Below are positions 26,801-39,174 of a stretch of 64,000 nucleotides of DNA, in pieces. Numbering within the stretch: position 1 is the stretch's first letter; every line of letters begins with the position of its first letter. The DNA comes from Heterodontus francisci (taxonomy: Eukaryota): positions 17,270,945 to 17,334,944 of the forward strand of contig NC_090416.1 in NCBI RefSeq assembly GCF_036365525.1, read 5' to 3'. A program made the translations under genes and the position numbers. A model generated the notes under the pieces. That model worked only from the letters and a program-made list of their open reading frames with translations, searched no databases and was not told the origin of the DNA.

Positions 26801-26924
26801 ATGGGAACATTTTTGTCTATTGGACTGGTGACGTTCGTCACTGCTGGGGTAGAAATGTTTGAAGTTGCACTGCTGGATGGGGCAGAAGTATTTCCTGTCA
26901 CACTCTGAAGCAACGACGAAAGAC
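23869..26924 (-). CDS. RPRD2: RPRD2 terminal coding exon 11 (Ser/Pro-rich disordered region; ends ...APKRPYMPPRY-stop)
   Basis: Within the 1024-aa ORF; acceptor tattag|GT at 26925-26926. Contains RPRD2-type motifs GLSSLLQSVTG, SLELKIHNFLK, DGTPVRDERGGTPTQDE, STIEFKNMLKNASR, EKGAPIETLG and C-terminal PPRY. Confidence 0.95.
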
Positions 26925-27329
26925 CTAATATCAGAGGAGACAAAAAAAAAAGTATTTCAATTCATTTTTTTTGTAGACCTATAAATTATTTTTAAACATT
27001 TCACTCTGGCTCCAGAAAAAATAACAGGCAACAGGTTAAAATTATGTTAAAAAAAAAATGACACTTTAATTGCCCTTTGTTACTTTTTTGCTGTTCATCT
27101 CAAAAACTTGCACTTATACAGTACCTTTACCTTACCATAGCAAAACCAGCCCAAAGTGCTTCATAAAAAGGGGAGAGGCCAGATTCTAAGGGGGAGTTGG
27201 GAAGGTTCTTGAAAGCTTTGAAGATGGGAAAAGATGTCAGGTGGTTTTGGAAGCTTTGATGGCTTCCCCAACAATGGGAGGATGGGTGGAAAGAGACAGC
27301 GGAAGGCTTTATACATAGCAGAGTCAAGT

Positions 27330-27870
27330 CAGAAGAATGAGGGATACATTTATATGGTGTCTATAACACAGTGCAATGTTCAAGGTGCTTCACAGGAGCA
27401 GAATCAGACAATAAAAATAGACACCAAGTCAAAGGGGCTGATATTAGGACAGGTAACCAAAAGCTTGGTCAAAGCAATAGGTTTTAAGGAGTGTCTTAAA
27501 TGAGGAGAGGGAGGTGGTGAGGAGGAAGGGTTTTGGGAGGAAATTCCAGCGCTTAGGGCCTAGAGAGCCAATGGTTGGGCAAGGGGAGGCAGGGGTAGAC
27601 AAGAGGTCAAAATGGAAGAGTTCTCAGAGGGTTGCAGGCCTGGAAGAGGTTAAGATAGGGAGTGGCAAAGCCATGGAGTGGTTTGAGTACAAGGATGAGA
27701 ATATTCAATTTGAGGCATCGGTAGTTTGGGAGCCAATCTACGTCAGCAAGCACAGGGGTGATAGGCGAACAGAATGGCACGAGTTATGGAAGAGCTCAAC
27801 GTTATGGAGGGTGGAAGATAACAGGCCAGGAGAACATTGGACTACTCACATCTGGAGGTAACAGAAACAT
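27330..27870 (-). mobile_element. L2/CR1-group LINE 3' fragment
   Basis: Similar to fragments at 1-290 (plus) and ~1385-1640 (minus), with shared CTTAAA..CTCTTTGACCAAGCTTTT and GGAATTCCCTCCC motifs. Confidence 0.6.
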
Positions 27871-28665
27871 GATGTAGGACTGGAGGAAGTTTCAAAGGTA
27901 AGTGGGAACAAAGCTTTTGTGGGATTTGAAGGGGAACAGGTGAACAGATATGCTGCAGACTCCAACAGACAACTTCTTATGCTGAGGAGGCTCACTCACA
28001 CAAGAGGAGAATACTGCGATTATTCTTCAGTTGGATTTAAAAAGATTCCACTATCCTGAGCTGCACCATCTAGCGGATGGTTGACAACAGGCACCAGAAC
28101 TGATTAGAAGAGCAGCTAAAGCACTTCCAAGTAGCTTGGAACTATAGTGTAAATAAGCAAATCTTGACAGATTAGGGAAGTACTAAATTGAAAGCCTTTG
28201 ACCACAATTCTAGGGATTATTTCAAAGGCTACAATACAGCCAATTTAATTCTGTAATTTATTTTGTTAAACTGAGAAATGCAGAAAAAGGGCCAGGGCTC
28301 ATTATGCAGGAGATCACTGAGTTTCAAAAGGATAAGGGAGCAGCAAAATAAATCAAAGAAAGATAGCAATTAGCTAACACCAAATTTGGGTGTTAAAAAC
28401 CCACGGATTGTAGGTAGACAGTGGGAATTGAAGAGCCCAACAGATGAGAGGTCCTGGAAAAGAATGAGTTAAAAATAGGAAAAGGTGCAATGACCCTTGG
28501 ATGGTGTGTATTTGCAGCTTTAGAGGGACAATCTAAGGGTGGCCTGGGTTTGAAGTTACCAATCTCAGAGATTCAAGTGTCAAGAGGCGCCGAGTCTGGA
28601 CCATCTGGCGCAGGAAGAGAATCAGGGTCTGCTCAAATGGATTTTGTATGGTTCCCTAGTTTTAC

Positions 28666-28881
28666 CTTGCAGAGCTGGAGCAGAGGGCCCCTGTGTCTTG
28701 CTGAGTGCTGACAGGATGCTCTCTGGAGTTAATTCAACTTTTGACAGGATGCTTGCCAGAGGATTGGGAGGAACTGCAGAAGGCTTCTGAACGGGGCCCT
28801 TTAGACCGCTACTGAGTTGCACCCCAGAAGGAACCGCTGATGTTACTGCAAGCACAGGCGTTTGACCAACCATTGGGCTGA
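28666..28881 (-). CDS. RPRD2: RPRD2 exon 10, (V)SPMVGQTP...NPLASILSKVELTPESILSALSKTQGPSAPALQ(G)
   Basis: 216 bp, phase 1-1, cag| acceptor and |gtaaaa donor. Conserved NPLA.ILSKVE.TPESILSALSKTQ motif. Confidence 0.9.
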
Positions 28882-30464
28882 CTGCAGACAGAGGGAGAGA
28901 AAAGCAAAATCTGACAAGTTCAGTAATAGGTAAGCTGAGCAACATGTTTTTTATTATTCCTTCATGAGATGTGGGCGTCACTGGCTAGGACAGCTTTTAT
29001 TGCCCATCCCTAAATGCCCTTGAGAAGATGAACATGACGCAGCAACAAAAGTTTAAATAGTTAAACAAAGTTTCAGTATAATTCAGTCCTTTACAAGACA
29101 GTTCAAAAAAAATTCAACTGGTGCCATCTCATGCAAAACATTATCCTAAATTTGGATACTTGTGTTGACACTACCCAAATTTGCTGATAGTTGTTGAGTG
29201 GGGCAAGAGTAGGCTGGTTGCCCTCCTGCAAATGACCCATAGGGCCAGTCATGTGTGAATTTAAAAGGGTTACATTACTATGGAGAAGGGGTGGGGCATA
29301 AGGTGATGCCTGATCCTGTCCTCCCCGATCGTATTTTCCAGCAGAGGTCAATGGATAGTGACTAGGAGTGTGATGTTGCCTGATTAACACCCAATCCTCA
29401 ACCTCCCAGGAGCACCAAGGTCAGTTGTAGCTCCTCAACTGCTGCCTGCTGAGCTCAGCTCACGCAACACACACTGGTGTAACTAATTACCACATTGGTG
29501 TTAACAGAAGGGGAAGAAAAGTTGTGCACTGTGCTTCTTGTGTGATGATCTTAATTCATCCCCTCAAGTTGCTCCCAACTCCCCCAAACTTCACCTTACA
29601 GCTCCAGACACAATCAATGTTTGGAAACTCAAACCTGCAACTGTGTGTGTTACAGTTCAAGTGGACACAGTACAGACAGTTCACATGCTCAACATGACAC
29701 TTGGCTGAAATCCGACCCACGGCCCTGGAATGTTAGCATTTTTCGTCTGGTTCTGCAATGCTAGATTTATGGACTTCACTTTGTAGAATACTGGAAAGAA
29801 AAATTAGGCACATTTTTTAATTTTTGGATCTAAGTGCAGCAATAACTTTGAGATTTATCCAACCTACCTTACGCCGCCAATAACAGGACAAGAAACTGTA
29901 GAGTCTATCTACAGTCAGAGAAGTTTTTAACAATTGGACAGTCAGCTACGATTTAGTCAGTACAATCCATATCCGTTCACAACAAATTCAAGTCGCCAAG
30001 AAAAGAAAAAACACTCATTTATATCCTGACTCACTTCCTTCCCATTGGTACTAACTGATCAGATTCCTGTAAAGGACATAAGGGTAAACACTTGCAAACA
30101 ATAGGTGGTAACCTAAAAAGCACAGCAACTCTCAAAGACTTGGCTCTTAGAAATCAAACTTGACGCTGTCTGCTTCCTAGGAACACTCCCCGCCACTACC
30201 TTCCACATTTACTCCATCTCTTCTGAGGGCATTGATTCTTGCTGGGCGACAGGTGCTGACCACTCTCCACTATCGCGTTCACTTGACCATTTTTCCATGT
30301 GTGAACCTGGGTATCCTTTGACCCTGGAGGGGCAGGAGGGCCAAGCCCAGTCCTGGGTTCACCTTAAACCCACTCACCCTTCCCCAGCTATGGTCACTAT
30401 GGAAGTCCTGACTGATCTTTTCCCCTTCCTATGCCAGAAAGAACATATATTGGCACTTTTCAAG

Positions 30465-30895
30465 ATCATACAGCTTCCCAAAACGCTTCACAATCAATGA
30501 AGTACTTTTGAAGCGTGATCACAACAGTAATGCAGCGAAAAGCGGAAGCTAATTTGGGCATAGCAAGATCCCACAAAAAAAATCAATAAGACAAATAACC
30601 AGATATCTCTTTTTTAGGTCACGTTGGTTGAGGAATAAATGTTGGCCCAGGACACTAGAACACTACTGTTCTTCTTTAAAACAGTGCCATGGGATCGTTT
30701 ATGTCACCTGAGGGGGCAAATGGGGCCTTGCTTTAACACGTCATCCAAAAGACAACACCTCTGACCATGCAGTGCTCCCGCAGTACTTCACTGAAGCGTC
30801 AGCCTAAATTGCGTGTTCAAGTGTCTGGAGTGGGGCTTGAACCAACGGTCTTGAGCGCCGAGTCAATGGCAGCTATACCCGAGCTGACATCAGTT
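30465..30895 (-). mobile_element. DeuSINE (SacSINE1-like), diverged
   Basis: Reverse-complement similarity to 7376-7795. Further partial copies at ~1130-1370, ~32530-32850 and ~61530-61720. Confidence 0.62.
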
Positions 30896-31766
30896 AACCA
30901 AAAATGGATACTGGGACATTGTAGCTTGAATGGTTCAACAGTACACCAACAGCCACCAGGGAGCGTGGTAACCTGTATATCGGAACTGAAGAAACAAAAT
31001 TGCTCATAAAAGGAACATTTCACTCTGACAGAGAAGTATTTAGTCCATTTGAAATAAACTCTAGAGTCAGGCAATCTGTAGCTGGAGTAAATTGGAAATA
31101 AAACACTCTTTGATACTCTTACATGGAGTGGTTTATTGCCCTGTAACAAATACTATTTCAGAGGGCTCTTTCTCTCCCCTGGATCATTAACATATCATTA
31201 CTGTGGTGGATACCTGCTCAGACATCTTTTGTTAAGGGAAATCGCCAAAGAGACTTCTTCTAATCCAGGGTCCTTCTCGGGATCTTAGTCTTCTATTCAC
31301 CTAGCCTCTTTTTAGCAAGAATAGGAACTCTGTCACAAATCATTCCACGTCTGCGTTACTGAGATTGTGTTACAAAGCTGCAAGAATTATGGACACTGTC
31401 TTGGTTTCTAAAGTCTACCCAGTTTGTGTTGGAATACCTAACAGCAGCCTTAGCCTGTACACAGTGTCTTCCTACATTTCTGAGGTGATGAATTGCCATG
31501 CTGATCATCCCACATAATCACCAGTGAACGATTTGCTGTTATTCAGGGTTTGTTAGGCCTGGGCTTCACCAACACGCTCATGGCAGAAAGTAAAGACACA
31601 GGTTTCATTTTATATCCAACTTCAAATAAGAGAAAGAGGGGAGAAAATTCCAAACTAAAAAAGAATCCAGTGACATTGCTTAGCATTTTCCCATCAGGTA
31701 CAGCCCACACTAAGTACAGAATAAAGCTCCCTCCACTTTGCCCCAGTAATGTGACTCAGCTGTGCA

Positions 31767-32115
31767 GGGCGGCACAGCGGTGCAGTGGTTAGCACCGCAG
31801 CCTCACAGCTCCAGTGACCCGGGTTCAATTCTGGGTACTGTGTGGAGTTTGCAAGTTCTCCCTGTGTCTGCGTGGGTTTTCTCCGGGTGCTCCGGTTTCC
31901 TCCCACATGCCAAAGACTTGCAGGTTGATAGGTAAATTGGCCATTAGCAATTGCCCCTAGTATAGGTAGGTGGTAGGGAAATATAGGGACAGGTGGGGAT
32001 GTGGTAGGAATATGGAATTAGTGTAGGATTAGTATAAATGGGTGGTTGATGGTCGGCACAGACTCGGTGGGCCGAAGGGCCTGTTTCAGTGCTATATCTC
32101 TAAACTAAACTAAAC
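31767..32115 (+). mobile_element. tRNA-derived V-SINE (HE1-like), full length, (TAAAC)n tail
   Basis: GGGCGGCACAG..GTGGTTAGCAC..GGTTCAATTC head and core CTGCGTGGGTTTTCTCCGGGTGCTCCGGTTTCCTCCCAC. Confidence 0.87.
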
Positions 32116-33005
32116 AGAATTTTGGTCTGTCTGGGAATCAATGGATATGGACAGCGTGCAGGAAAGTGGAGTTGTGGCAGCTCCATGATTGTATTAAATG
32201 GCAGAGCAGGCTCAAGGGGCCAACTGATCTACTCCTGCTCCTATTCCTCATGTTATGTTCAGGAGAGAGCACAACGGTGTGACAATTTCCCATATCATCC
32301 TTTCTGTGCCCTCTCTCAGAGACTGACAACCTGATTAGTGCTAAATTAGGGCATCTATTTCCTGTAGATCAACAATACCCATTTCAAGGATGTTTTTCAT
32401 TTACTGTGACAAATAACTGAAGGATTTCTCTTCCCCGATTCCTGACAACCAAATGCAAAAAAAGACTATTTATGCCGCACCATATCTCAGCTCTCAAACC
32501 TATCAAAATTTATATTCGAAGAGTTGCTATTTTTCACAAAGCATGATCCCACAAATAACCAGATGCTAACCAGCTGATCCATTTTTAGGGGCATTAACCA
32601 AGGGTGGATTGATAGAAAGGGCACAAGAACTCCCTGCTTTTCTTCAAACAATGCCATGGCATCTTTAACGGCCACCTGAACCACCAGAAAAGGCCAATGT
32701 GGGCCACAATTTAATGTCTTACCCAAAGTACATTTATGCCATGCAGCACTCACTCACTACTGTACCGGAGTGTCAGTTCAGAATATGTGCTCAAGTCCCG
32801 GAACGGGGCTTAAAGATGCAAGTGTGCCACCGACTGAATCCGGCTGACACCTTTTGAATCCAGTAGTAGTCTTCCTGTTCAGTTCAATTATCAATACCTA
32901 TTTGCATGAAAAGATAATAAAAAGATACCTCTGACCCACCCCATTGAACAGATGCTGCGGCAATGTGTGTGTAGACTGACTCTGGCAAGCTCCTACACTT
33001 CTCAC

Positions 33006-33221
33006 CTGTGTTCTTCATCGCTGATGTCAGGCTGCTAAGGATGGAGCTGATTTTGCCCAAGTCAATGTTCGCCAGGTTTGGAAGGGCCAGGGGCGGTGTT
33101 ACGGCGTTGCTCTTTGCCTGTGTGGTCTCTGCCGGGGTAGATGCCTTTTCTGGTTGTGGGCTCATGCTTGCTGCGGTCACTGTGTTTGGACTGGACTCCT
33201 CCTTTTTCTCCTCACTCTCTA
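33006..33221 (-). CDS. RPRD2: RPRD2 exon 9, (V)ESEEKKEES...LALPNLANIDLGKISSILSSLTSAMKNT
   Basis: 216 bp (219 or 213 bp with the neighbouring tandem acceptors), |gtgag donor. Conserved LPNLAN.DL.KISSILSSLTS.MKNT motif. Confidence 0.88.
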
Positions 33222-34079
33222 CTGCTAAAGAGCAGCAATTAAAAGAAAAAAAAATTACTAAATTGGAATCACACTTTCCCCAATGGTCCACAGTTGATTT
33301 ATCTGCTAATTTTCTCCTGTCCCATTCTAGGTGCTTTCATGTCATTCATGTGCCCTGTTAAGTGTTAGGATGTCATGTGACATCACAATTAAAACCAATT
33401 CCGTCCCCTGCCAATTCTGAATATATTCAGTTTCCAGGATCAATCAGGAGTAAGAATCTTGTTCACTTCCCCCTCTCACTAGCACGCAGGCACTGAAGCC
33501 AAGTGTACCAGCCTCAGCTGATGGGTCAGTTAGATTAATTTATGGTCTGTATGCTCGGCTATTCATTGGATATATTCAGCATCACCAGGAGAGCCGTGGC
33601 TTGATTTCTGAATTCCAATTGTTGAGCAATGAGCGCGAGTGTTCACATGAAAGCACAGTTGACATCGTTCCCCAATGATTAGTAGGTGAAAACACCACAT
33701 GGTGTTGTGCCGAGCCACAAACACTGCAACGATTCCAGTAAATTCTTGCTTTGTACTGCGTTAACAGACTTAGTTGGGGGCAGCAGTAACAGCACTACGA
33801 GAAGCTTCTGTGCCCCGCGCTATTCCAGGATTCTCATTTCTATCAAATGACTCTTTCTGGAAGCCAGAAACCAGGCCTGTGATCTCTCCAACTGTCAAAT
33901 GGTATGGTTTCTATGCCAATACACAAACTACATCCATTCAGGTAGAGGTAGCGGAGAGTTTCCTGATCTAGGGAACTCAACCTTATATCAAAAGGTGTCT
34001 AAGTAAGAACTAAAGCTAATGGAATTGACGAACGCCACCAGTTAATTAGTGTAGGTAACAGAAGGAACATTTTGCACTG

Positions 34080-35165
34080 AAAATTGAAGCTTATGTTTGA
34101 ATTGAAGAAACATATAAAAAACAAAATCACAACTTATGATGGAATAAAATGATCTAGGGATGCAGGCCAACAAAAATCAGTAATGTAGGTCAGCAAAGCA
34201 ATTCAAAATATTGAAAAAGCACTGGGATTTATTTCAAGCGGTATGGAATTCAATAGTAGCTATTTTAAACTTATGAAGGACCCTGGTCAGGCAGCGCTAC
34301 TGCGCACAGTCCTAGTCTCCATCTATAAAAAGGACACAGAACACAGGGCGGCACAGTGGCGCAGTGGTTAGCACTGCAGCCTCACAGTTCCAGGGACCCG
34401 GGTTAGATTCTGGGTACTGCCTGTGCGGAGTTTGCAAGTTCTCCCTGTAACTGCGTGGGTTTTCTCCGGGTGCTCCGGTTTCCTCCCACCGCCAAAGACT
34501 TGCAGGTTGATAGGTAAATTGGCCATTGTAAATTGCCCCTAGTGTAGGTAGGTGATAGGGATTATGGGATTACTGCAGGGTTAGTATAAATGGGGGGTTG
34601 TTGGTCGGTACAGACCCGGTGGGCCTGTTTCAGTGCTGTATCTCTAAATAAATAAAAATAAATAAGAAGCACTGGAGAAAGTGCAAAAAAAAAAGATTTA
34701 CAAGGGTGGTGCCAGAACTCAGATATTACAGCTATTGAGAAAGATTGAACAGGTTGGGGCTTTTTCCTTGAGAAAAGAGACTTGGAGATGGCCCAATAGA
34801 GGTCTTTAAAATTATGAATGGGGTGGAGAGAGAAGATGAGCAGAGAATGTTTCCACTTGTGGGAGAATCCAAGACCATAATCCAAGGGGCCATAAATACC
34901 AGATAGTTACTAATAAATCCAATTGGGAGATCATGAGAAATCTAATTTACTGAGGGAGTGGTCAGTATATGGAAATCACTACCACAAGAAGTGGCTGAGG
35001 CAAATAGATTAGATGTTTTTTGAAGGACACTAGACAAGAATAGGAGAGAAAAGGGAACGGAAAACTATGCTGAAAAGCTGAGATAAGGTAGATGGAATTG
35101 GAGGAGTATATACACCAGCACAGACTAACTGGGTCGAATGGCCTGATTCTGTGCTGTGATTCTTT
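34080..35165 (+). mobile_element. CR1-like LINE 3' fragment interrupted by a V-SINE
   Basis: Degenerate RT C-terminus and CR1 tail. Confidence 0.72.
34346..34665 (+). mobile_element. V-SINE (HE1-like) nested inside a CR1 LINE fragment
   Basis: Same family as 31767-32115, with a (TAAA)n tail; CR1 sequence resumes on both sides. Confidence 0.85.
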
Positions 35166-35206
35166 GATTAGGAAGCACAACTTTCCGCTATTTCCAAGCC
35201 TGATAC

Positions 35207-35495
35207 CTATGATGTTTGCTGCTCCAATAGCTTCGTCATCTGAAAGCTCCATGTCCTCAACGTCACAGTTATCACCAGAGGCCTCAGGCGTTGGCGGCTC
35301 TGGACTCTCCTCCACCTTCTTTGACTCCGTAACAACCTCCTCTACTGGCCGAACGGGAGACTCGGAACCAGTTGGCGAAGGAGCGTCCATGCTGGGAGAT
35401 GGAATGGGAGACTCGTCTGGATCTGGAAGTGTGGTTTTCAGTTGGTCCAGCTTCTTCTTCAGGTTGTTGACTCTGTTGGCAAATGTCTTGTACGC
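35207..35495 (-). CDS. RPRD2: RPRD2 exon 8, AYKTFANRVNNLKKKLDQLKTTLPDPDESPIPSPSMDAPSPTGSESP...VEDMELSDDEAIGAANII
   Basis: 289 bp, cag| acceptor and |gtatc donor. End of the CREPT/RPRD coiled coil plus SPSMDAPSPTGSESP and EDMELSD motifs. Confidence 0.93.
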
Positions 35496-35628
35496 CTGAG
35501 ATAATAGCCAATAGCAACAGTGATAAAATCAAACAAATCAAACACACAGAATTACACCTTCCCTTTTGTTATCTCTTGCCCCAGCCTGCTTTATTTGTTT
35601 AAAACCTATTACATTTCTAACCTTTGCC

Positions 35629-35665
35629 AGTTCTGATGAAAGGTCACTGACCTGAAACGTTAACT
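35629..35665 (+). ncRNA. Minimal type-I hammerhead ribozyme motif in a Penelope-type terminal repeat
   Basis: AGUU-CUGAUGA-A-AGGUC(ACU)GACCU-GAAA-CGUU-AACU: core boxes intact, stem I AGUU/AACU, palindromic ACGU stem III. Confidence 0.72.
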
Positions 35666-35739
35666 CTGCTTCTCTCTCCACAGATGCTGCCAGAACTGCT
35701 GAGTATTTCCAGCACTTTTTGTTTTTATTATACACTGAA

Positions 35740-36280
35740 TTACATAGAATATACAGCACAGAAACAGGCCATTTGGCCCAACTAGTCCATGCCGGTGTTT
35801 TTGCTCCAATCAAGCCTCCTCATCTCACCCTATCAACACAACTCTCGATTTCCTTCTCCCGCATGTGTTTATCCAGCTTCTCTTTAAATGCATCTAAGCT
35901 ATTTGCCTCAATTCTCTGCGGCAGAGTGTTCATGTTCTCACCACGCTCCGGGTCAAGATGTTTCTGCTGAATTTCCTATTTAATTTCTTAGCTTATATTG
36001 AGGGCCTCTAGTTTTGCTCTTCCCCACAAGTAGAAACATACACTTTGTGTCTACTCTATCAAAGCCTTTCATAATTATGAAGACCTAATCATCTCTCAGC
36101 CTTCTCTTTGCAAGAGAAAAGAGATTCAGCCTGTTCATCCAGATAGGTATAACCTTGAATTTCTGGAATCACCTTTAGTAAATCTTCTTTGCTTCCTATC
36201 CAGCGCCTCTATATCATTTTATAATATGACGACCAGAACTATACACAGTATTCCAAGCGTGAGCTAACCAAGGTTCTCTA
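35740..36280 (-). mobile_element. CR1-like LINE 3' fragment
   Basis: Reverse complement of the CR1 tail seen at 1990-2420. Confidence 0.7.
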
Positions 36281-36293
36281 CAATAAAATAAAC

Positions 36294-36395
36294 AGTTCCG
36301 AAGAAGGGTCACTGACCCGAAACGTTAACTCTGCTTCTCTTTCCACAGATGCTGCCAGACCTGCTGAGTGGTTCCAGCATTTCTTGTTTTTATTT
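36294..36395 (+). mobile_element. Short Penelope terminal element with variant hammerhead motif (CCGAAGA core)
   Basis: AGTT-CCGAAGA-A-GGGTC(ACT)GACCC-GAAA-CGTT-AACT followed by CAGATGCTGCCAGACCTGCTGAG..TTCCAGCATTTCTTGTTTTTAT; nearly identical to 59622-59721. Confidence 0.72.
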
Positions 36396-36849
36396 TATAT
36401 TATATTATATTATAAATAAAAAGTCCTGCCTGGGTTACTCGTGAAAAGGTAGCATGCCAATTACAAACTATAATACTGGCCATTTTCCACAGATGAATAT
36501 CTTTAGTACACTGGCTGGAAAGACCATTTATGTATGACAAAATGCAGGTTACCTACACACTGGTGATGTCATTAAGCTTATGTTACTGTTGGAATCAACA
36601 TAATGTAGGAGAAATTGTATTTAAGCTAAATGCTTTCATGCTGTGTGATAGGTTCCCAAACCCAGTGACAAACCTGCATTACTAGTGCCTACTGTACAGT
36701 TCAAAGTGCTCTCTGCAGACACATATTGACTTTAGAAGGACAGATCCTTGCATTGTGCTATAGGGCTATTTGGGTTCACACTACACAGCACAAAGGTGTG
36801 GAGAACATTAGGGGAAAAAGTTACAAATCAGTCCCTATATTGGGGGAAG

Positions 36850-37655
36850 AAAAAAAAATGCTGGAAACACTCAGCAACTGTGGAGAGAGAAACACAGCTA
36901 ATATTTCAGTTCACAGACCTTTCATCAGAACTGAGGAAAGTTAAAAATGTAAACAAGTGAAAGGGAAGAGGGTGGGAAAAAGAACAAACGAGAAGGTCTG
37001 TGATAGGATAGAAGACAAGAGAAATTAAATGAGTCCATCAAGTGCCTACTTGAAAGATCAGGTGCTGTTCCTCGAGCTTCATTGGAACAATGGAGGAGAC
37101 TGAGGACCAGAGCGAAGCCAGCGTGAAAGCAAGGTGGAGAATTATAATGACAAGCAACCGGAAGCTTGGCGGTCACCCAGTCTGCATTTGTTCGCCTCAC
37201 TGTAGCTCAGATTGCACTGAGAGCAGCAAGTACAGTAAAGTAAATTGAAAGTACACACATATGTTGCTGTTTCACCTGGAAGGAGTGTTTGGGGTCTTGG
37301 ACGGTGAGAAGAGGTGAAAGGACAGGTGTTGCATCTCCTGCACTTGCATGGAAAGGGAAGGGGTGTTTACGGTGACTGAGGAGTGGACCAGGGTACCGTG
37401 GAGGGAATGGTCCCTTCAGAATGCTGAAAGGGTAGCGGAGGGGAGGGGAGGGGAAGATATGTTTGGTGATAGCGGAAATGGTGGCACATGGATGCTGGTG
37501 GGGTGGAAGGTGAGGACAAAGGGAACCCTATCATGGTTCTGATGAAAGAGTTAATATTTCAGGTCGATAACCTATTTCTCTCTCCAAAGATGCTGCCAGA
37601 CCCGAATATTTTCTGTTTTTCCTTCAAATTTCCAGCATCCGCAGTATTTTGCTTG
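36850..37655 (-). mobile_element. Penelope-like element relic with a GIY-YIG endonuclease remnant and inverted terminal (pLTR) pieces
   Basis: The minus strand at ~37170-37355 translates, with frameshifts, to FPCKCRRCNTCPF..PKHSFQVKQ..NLLYC..CSQC..KCRLGDR. Both ends carry the GATGCTG..TTCCAGCA terminal motif in opposite orientations. Confidence 0.78.
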
Positions 37656-37865
37656 TCTTAAATGTAAGAAACTCTGGAATAAGGCAGAACTAACTTTTGC
37701 ATAAAGGGTAATAGAGATGTGGGATAATTTACCAGGGAAGAACAATGGAGCAGACAGTAAATGGCCTCAAGAGGTAATTAGACATGTTTCAGGGAATTTG
37801 CTTTTACAGGGAATTCCCTAGCAGTACACAGAACTTTGAGTTTGAAGTAAGGTAAAGACACTTAC

Positions 37866-38041
37866 ATTTGCTACGATCTTCACCTCCTTGTACTGAGCCT
37901 CGTAAAATATCTCTGCATTCTCAAGAGCCTCGATCAGCGGTGGAGTCTTTTTCACCTCCCTCTCGAGCTCAGCGCAGAAATCTTCCAACTTAGAGCTGGA
38001 TTCCTCAAAGTCTTTGGAAAATCGTTTGCCTCCAGCACGAT
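37866..38041 (-). CDS. RPRD2: RPRD2 exon 7, (D)RAGGKRFSKDFEESSSKLEDFCAELEREVKKTPPLIEALENAEIFYEAQYKEVKIVAN
   Basis: 176 bp, tag| acceptor and |gtaagt donor; CREPT domain. Confidence 0.93.
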
Positions 38042-38815
38042 CTACAAAGAGAGAATGAAGCATTCCTACAAGTGAGCGTTCCGGTCCATACAAATTACCA
38101 GTGGGGGGCATGGAGCAGGGAATCACAGCAAGGTTAAAAGAAAAAGGACTGGATGAACTATTCTTAGAAAAGGAAATACAGGGCTAATAATTCCAGAATT
38201 ACTGTAAGGAAACCAACTGGCGGTTCATAAGGGTAGACTAGATGGACGAATGGTCTTTTCCCGCCGAAACATTGAGTTATAAAATCTCATTGATGCATTC
38301 AAGATGATTCCAAAAAACACGAGTGAAATTCAGGCAGAGTTTACAGATTCCAAGTAATTATATATGCAATTCTAAATAAATTAGATCTAAAATCTTGCAA
38401 AAGGCCACATTTATTGTCCACAACCTGCAGTTACAATTATGACTTTCAGTCATGCATATATTACCCTTTTTTCATGTTTCACACCATTATAACTGACTTC
38501 ACTTCAGCAGTACTGTGCTGACTGTGAATCACTCTGGAAAGTCCTGAGGTGATGTAAAGTGCTATTCTCCAAATTCTTTAAAAGGTCACAAAGGCAATGT
38601 AATTTCAGGTTTCAGCCACTGGGTACCACCACATCCCACTGTATCCTGACAGTGAGCAATGCCACAGGAGACAACTCATTATATATGAAAATCGAAAAAG
38701 GCACACATGTAGGTAGTAAGACAAGTAAGGTTCAAACCTTCTCCTCATAACGAATGTTCAACAAGTATTCAATAGATTAATTTACTGCAGCTGCGTGTAC
38801 ATTTCTGTGCTTTAC

Positions 38816-38942
38816 CTTTCAATCGTTTCAGCGTCTCTGTGCTGCAGACATCCACACGGAGGGCCCCAAGCTGCTTTTCTTTGAATTCTCGCTCATCCTC
38901 AGCTTGTTTGTATGACCCTAACTGATCAATCAGTGCCTGTGG
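38816..38942 (-). CDS. RPRD2: RPRD2 exon 6, PQALIDQLGSYKQAEDEREFKEKQLGALRVDVCSTETLKRLK
   Basis: 127 bp, cag| acceptor and |gtaaag donor; RVDVCSTETLK motif. Confidence 0.93.
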
Positions 38943-39174
38943 CTGCAGTGGAAAAAAGAGCATACGGTCAGGCTCTGAAAATTGTAATTAAACTCCCAGT
39001 TTCCCAGAACCAGTCCCTAGGGTCCTTTACGAGCAAGGCATACAGTAATGTACACTTTGTACACTAAATATAACGTGACAGTGAAATTAAATACAAGCAA
39101 AGAAAAATTACAAAGATAATAAACGCATGCTCCTGACAAAAGAAGGTGCCAAGTTTATTTTTTTTCCCTATCTG

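Noticed and set aside
31767-31840. tRNA-like A/B boxes in SINE heads (also near 7376, 10900, 14456, 34346, 39180)
   Set aside because: They continue into SINE bodies and tails, and I see no complete cloverleaf; they are not tRNA genes.
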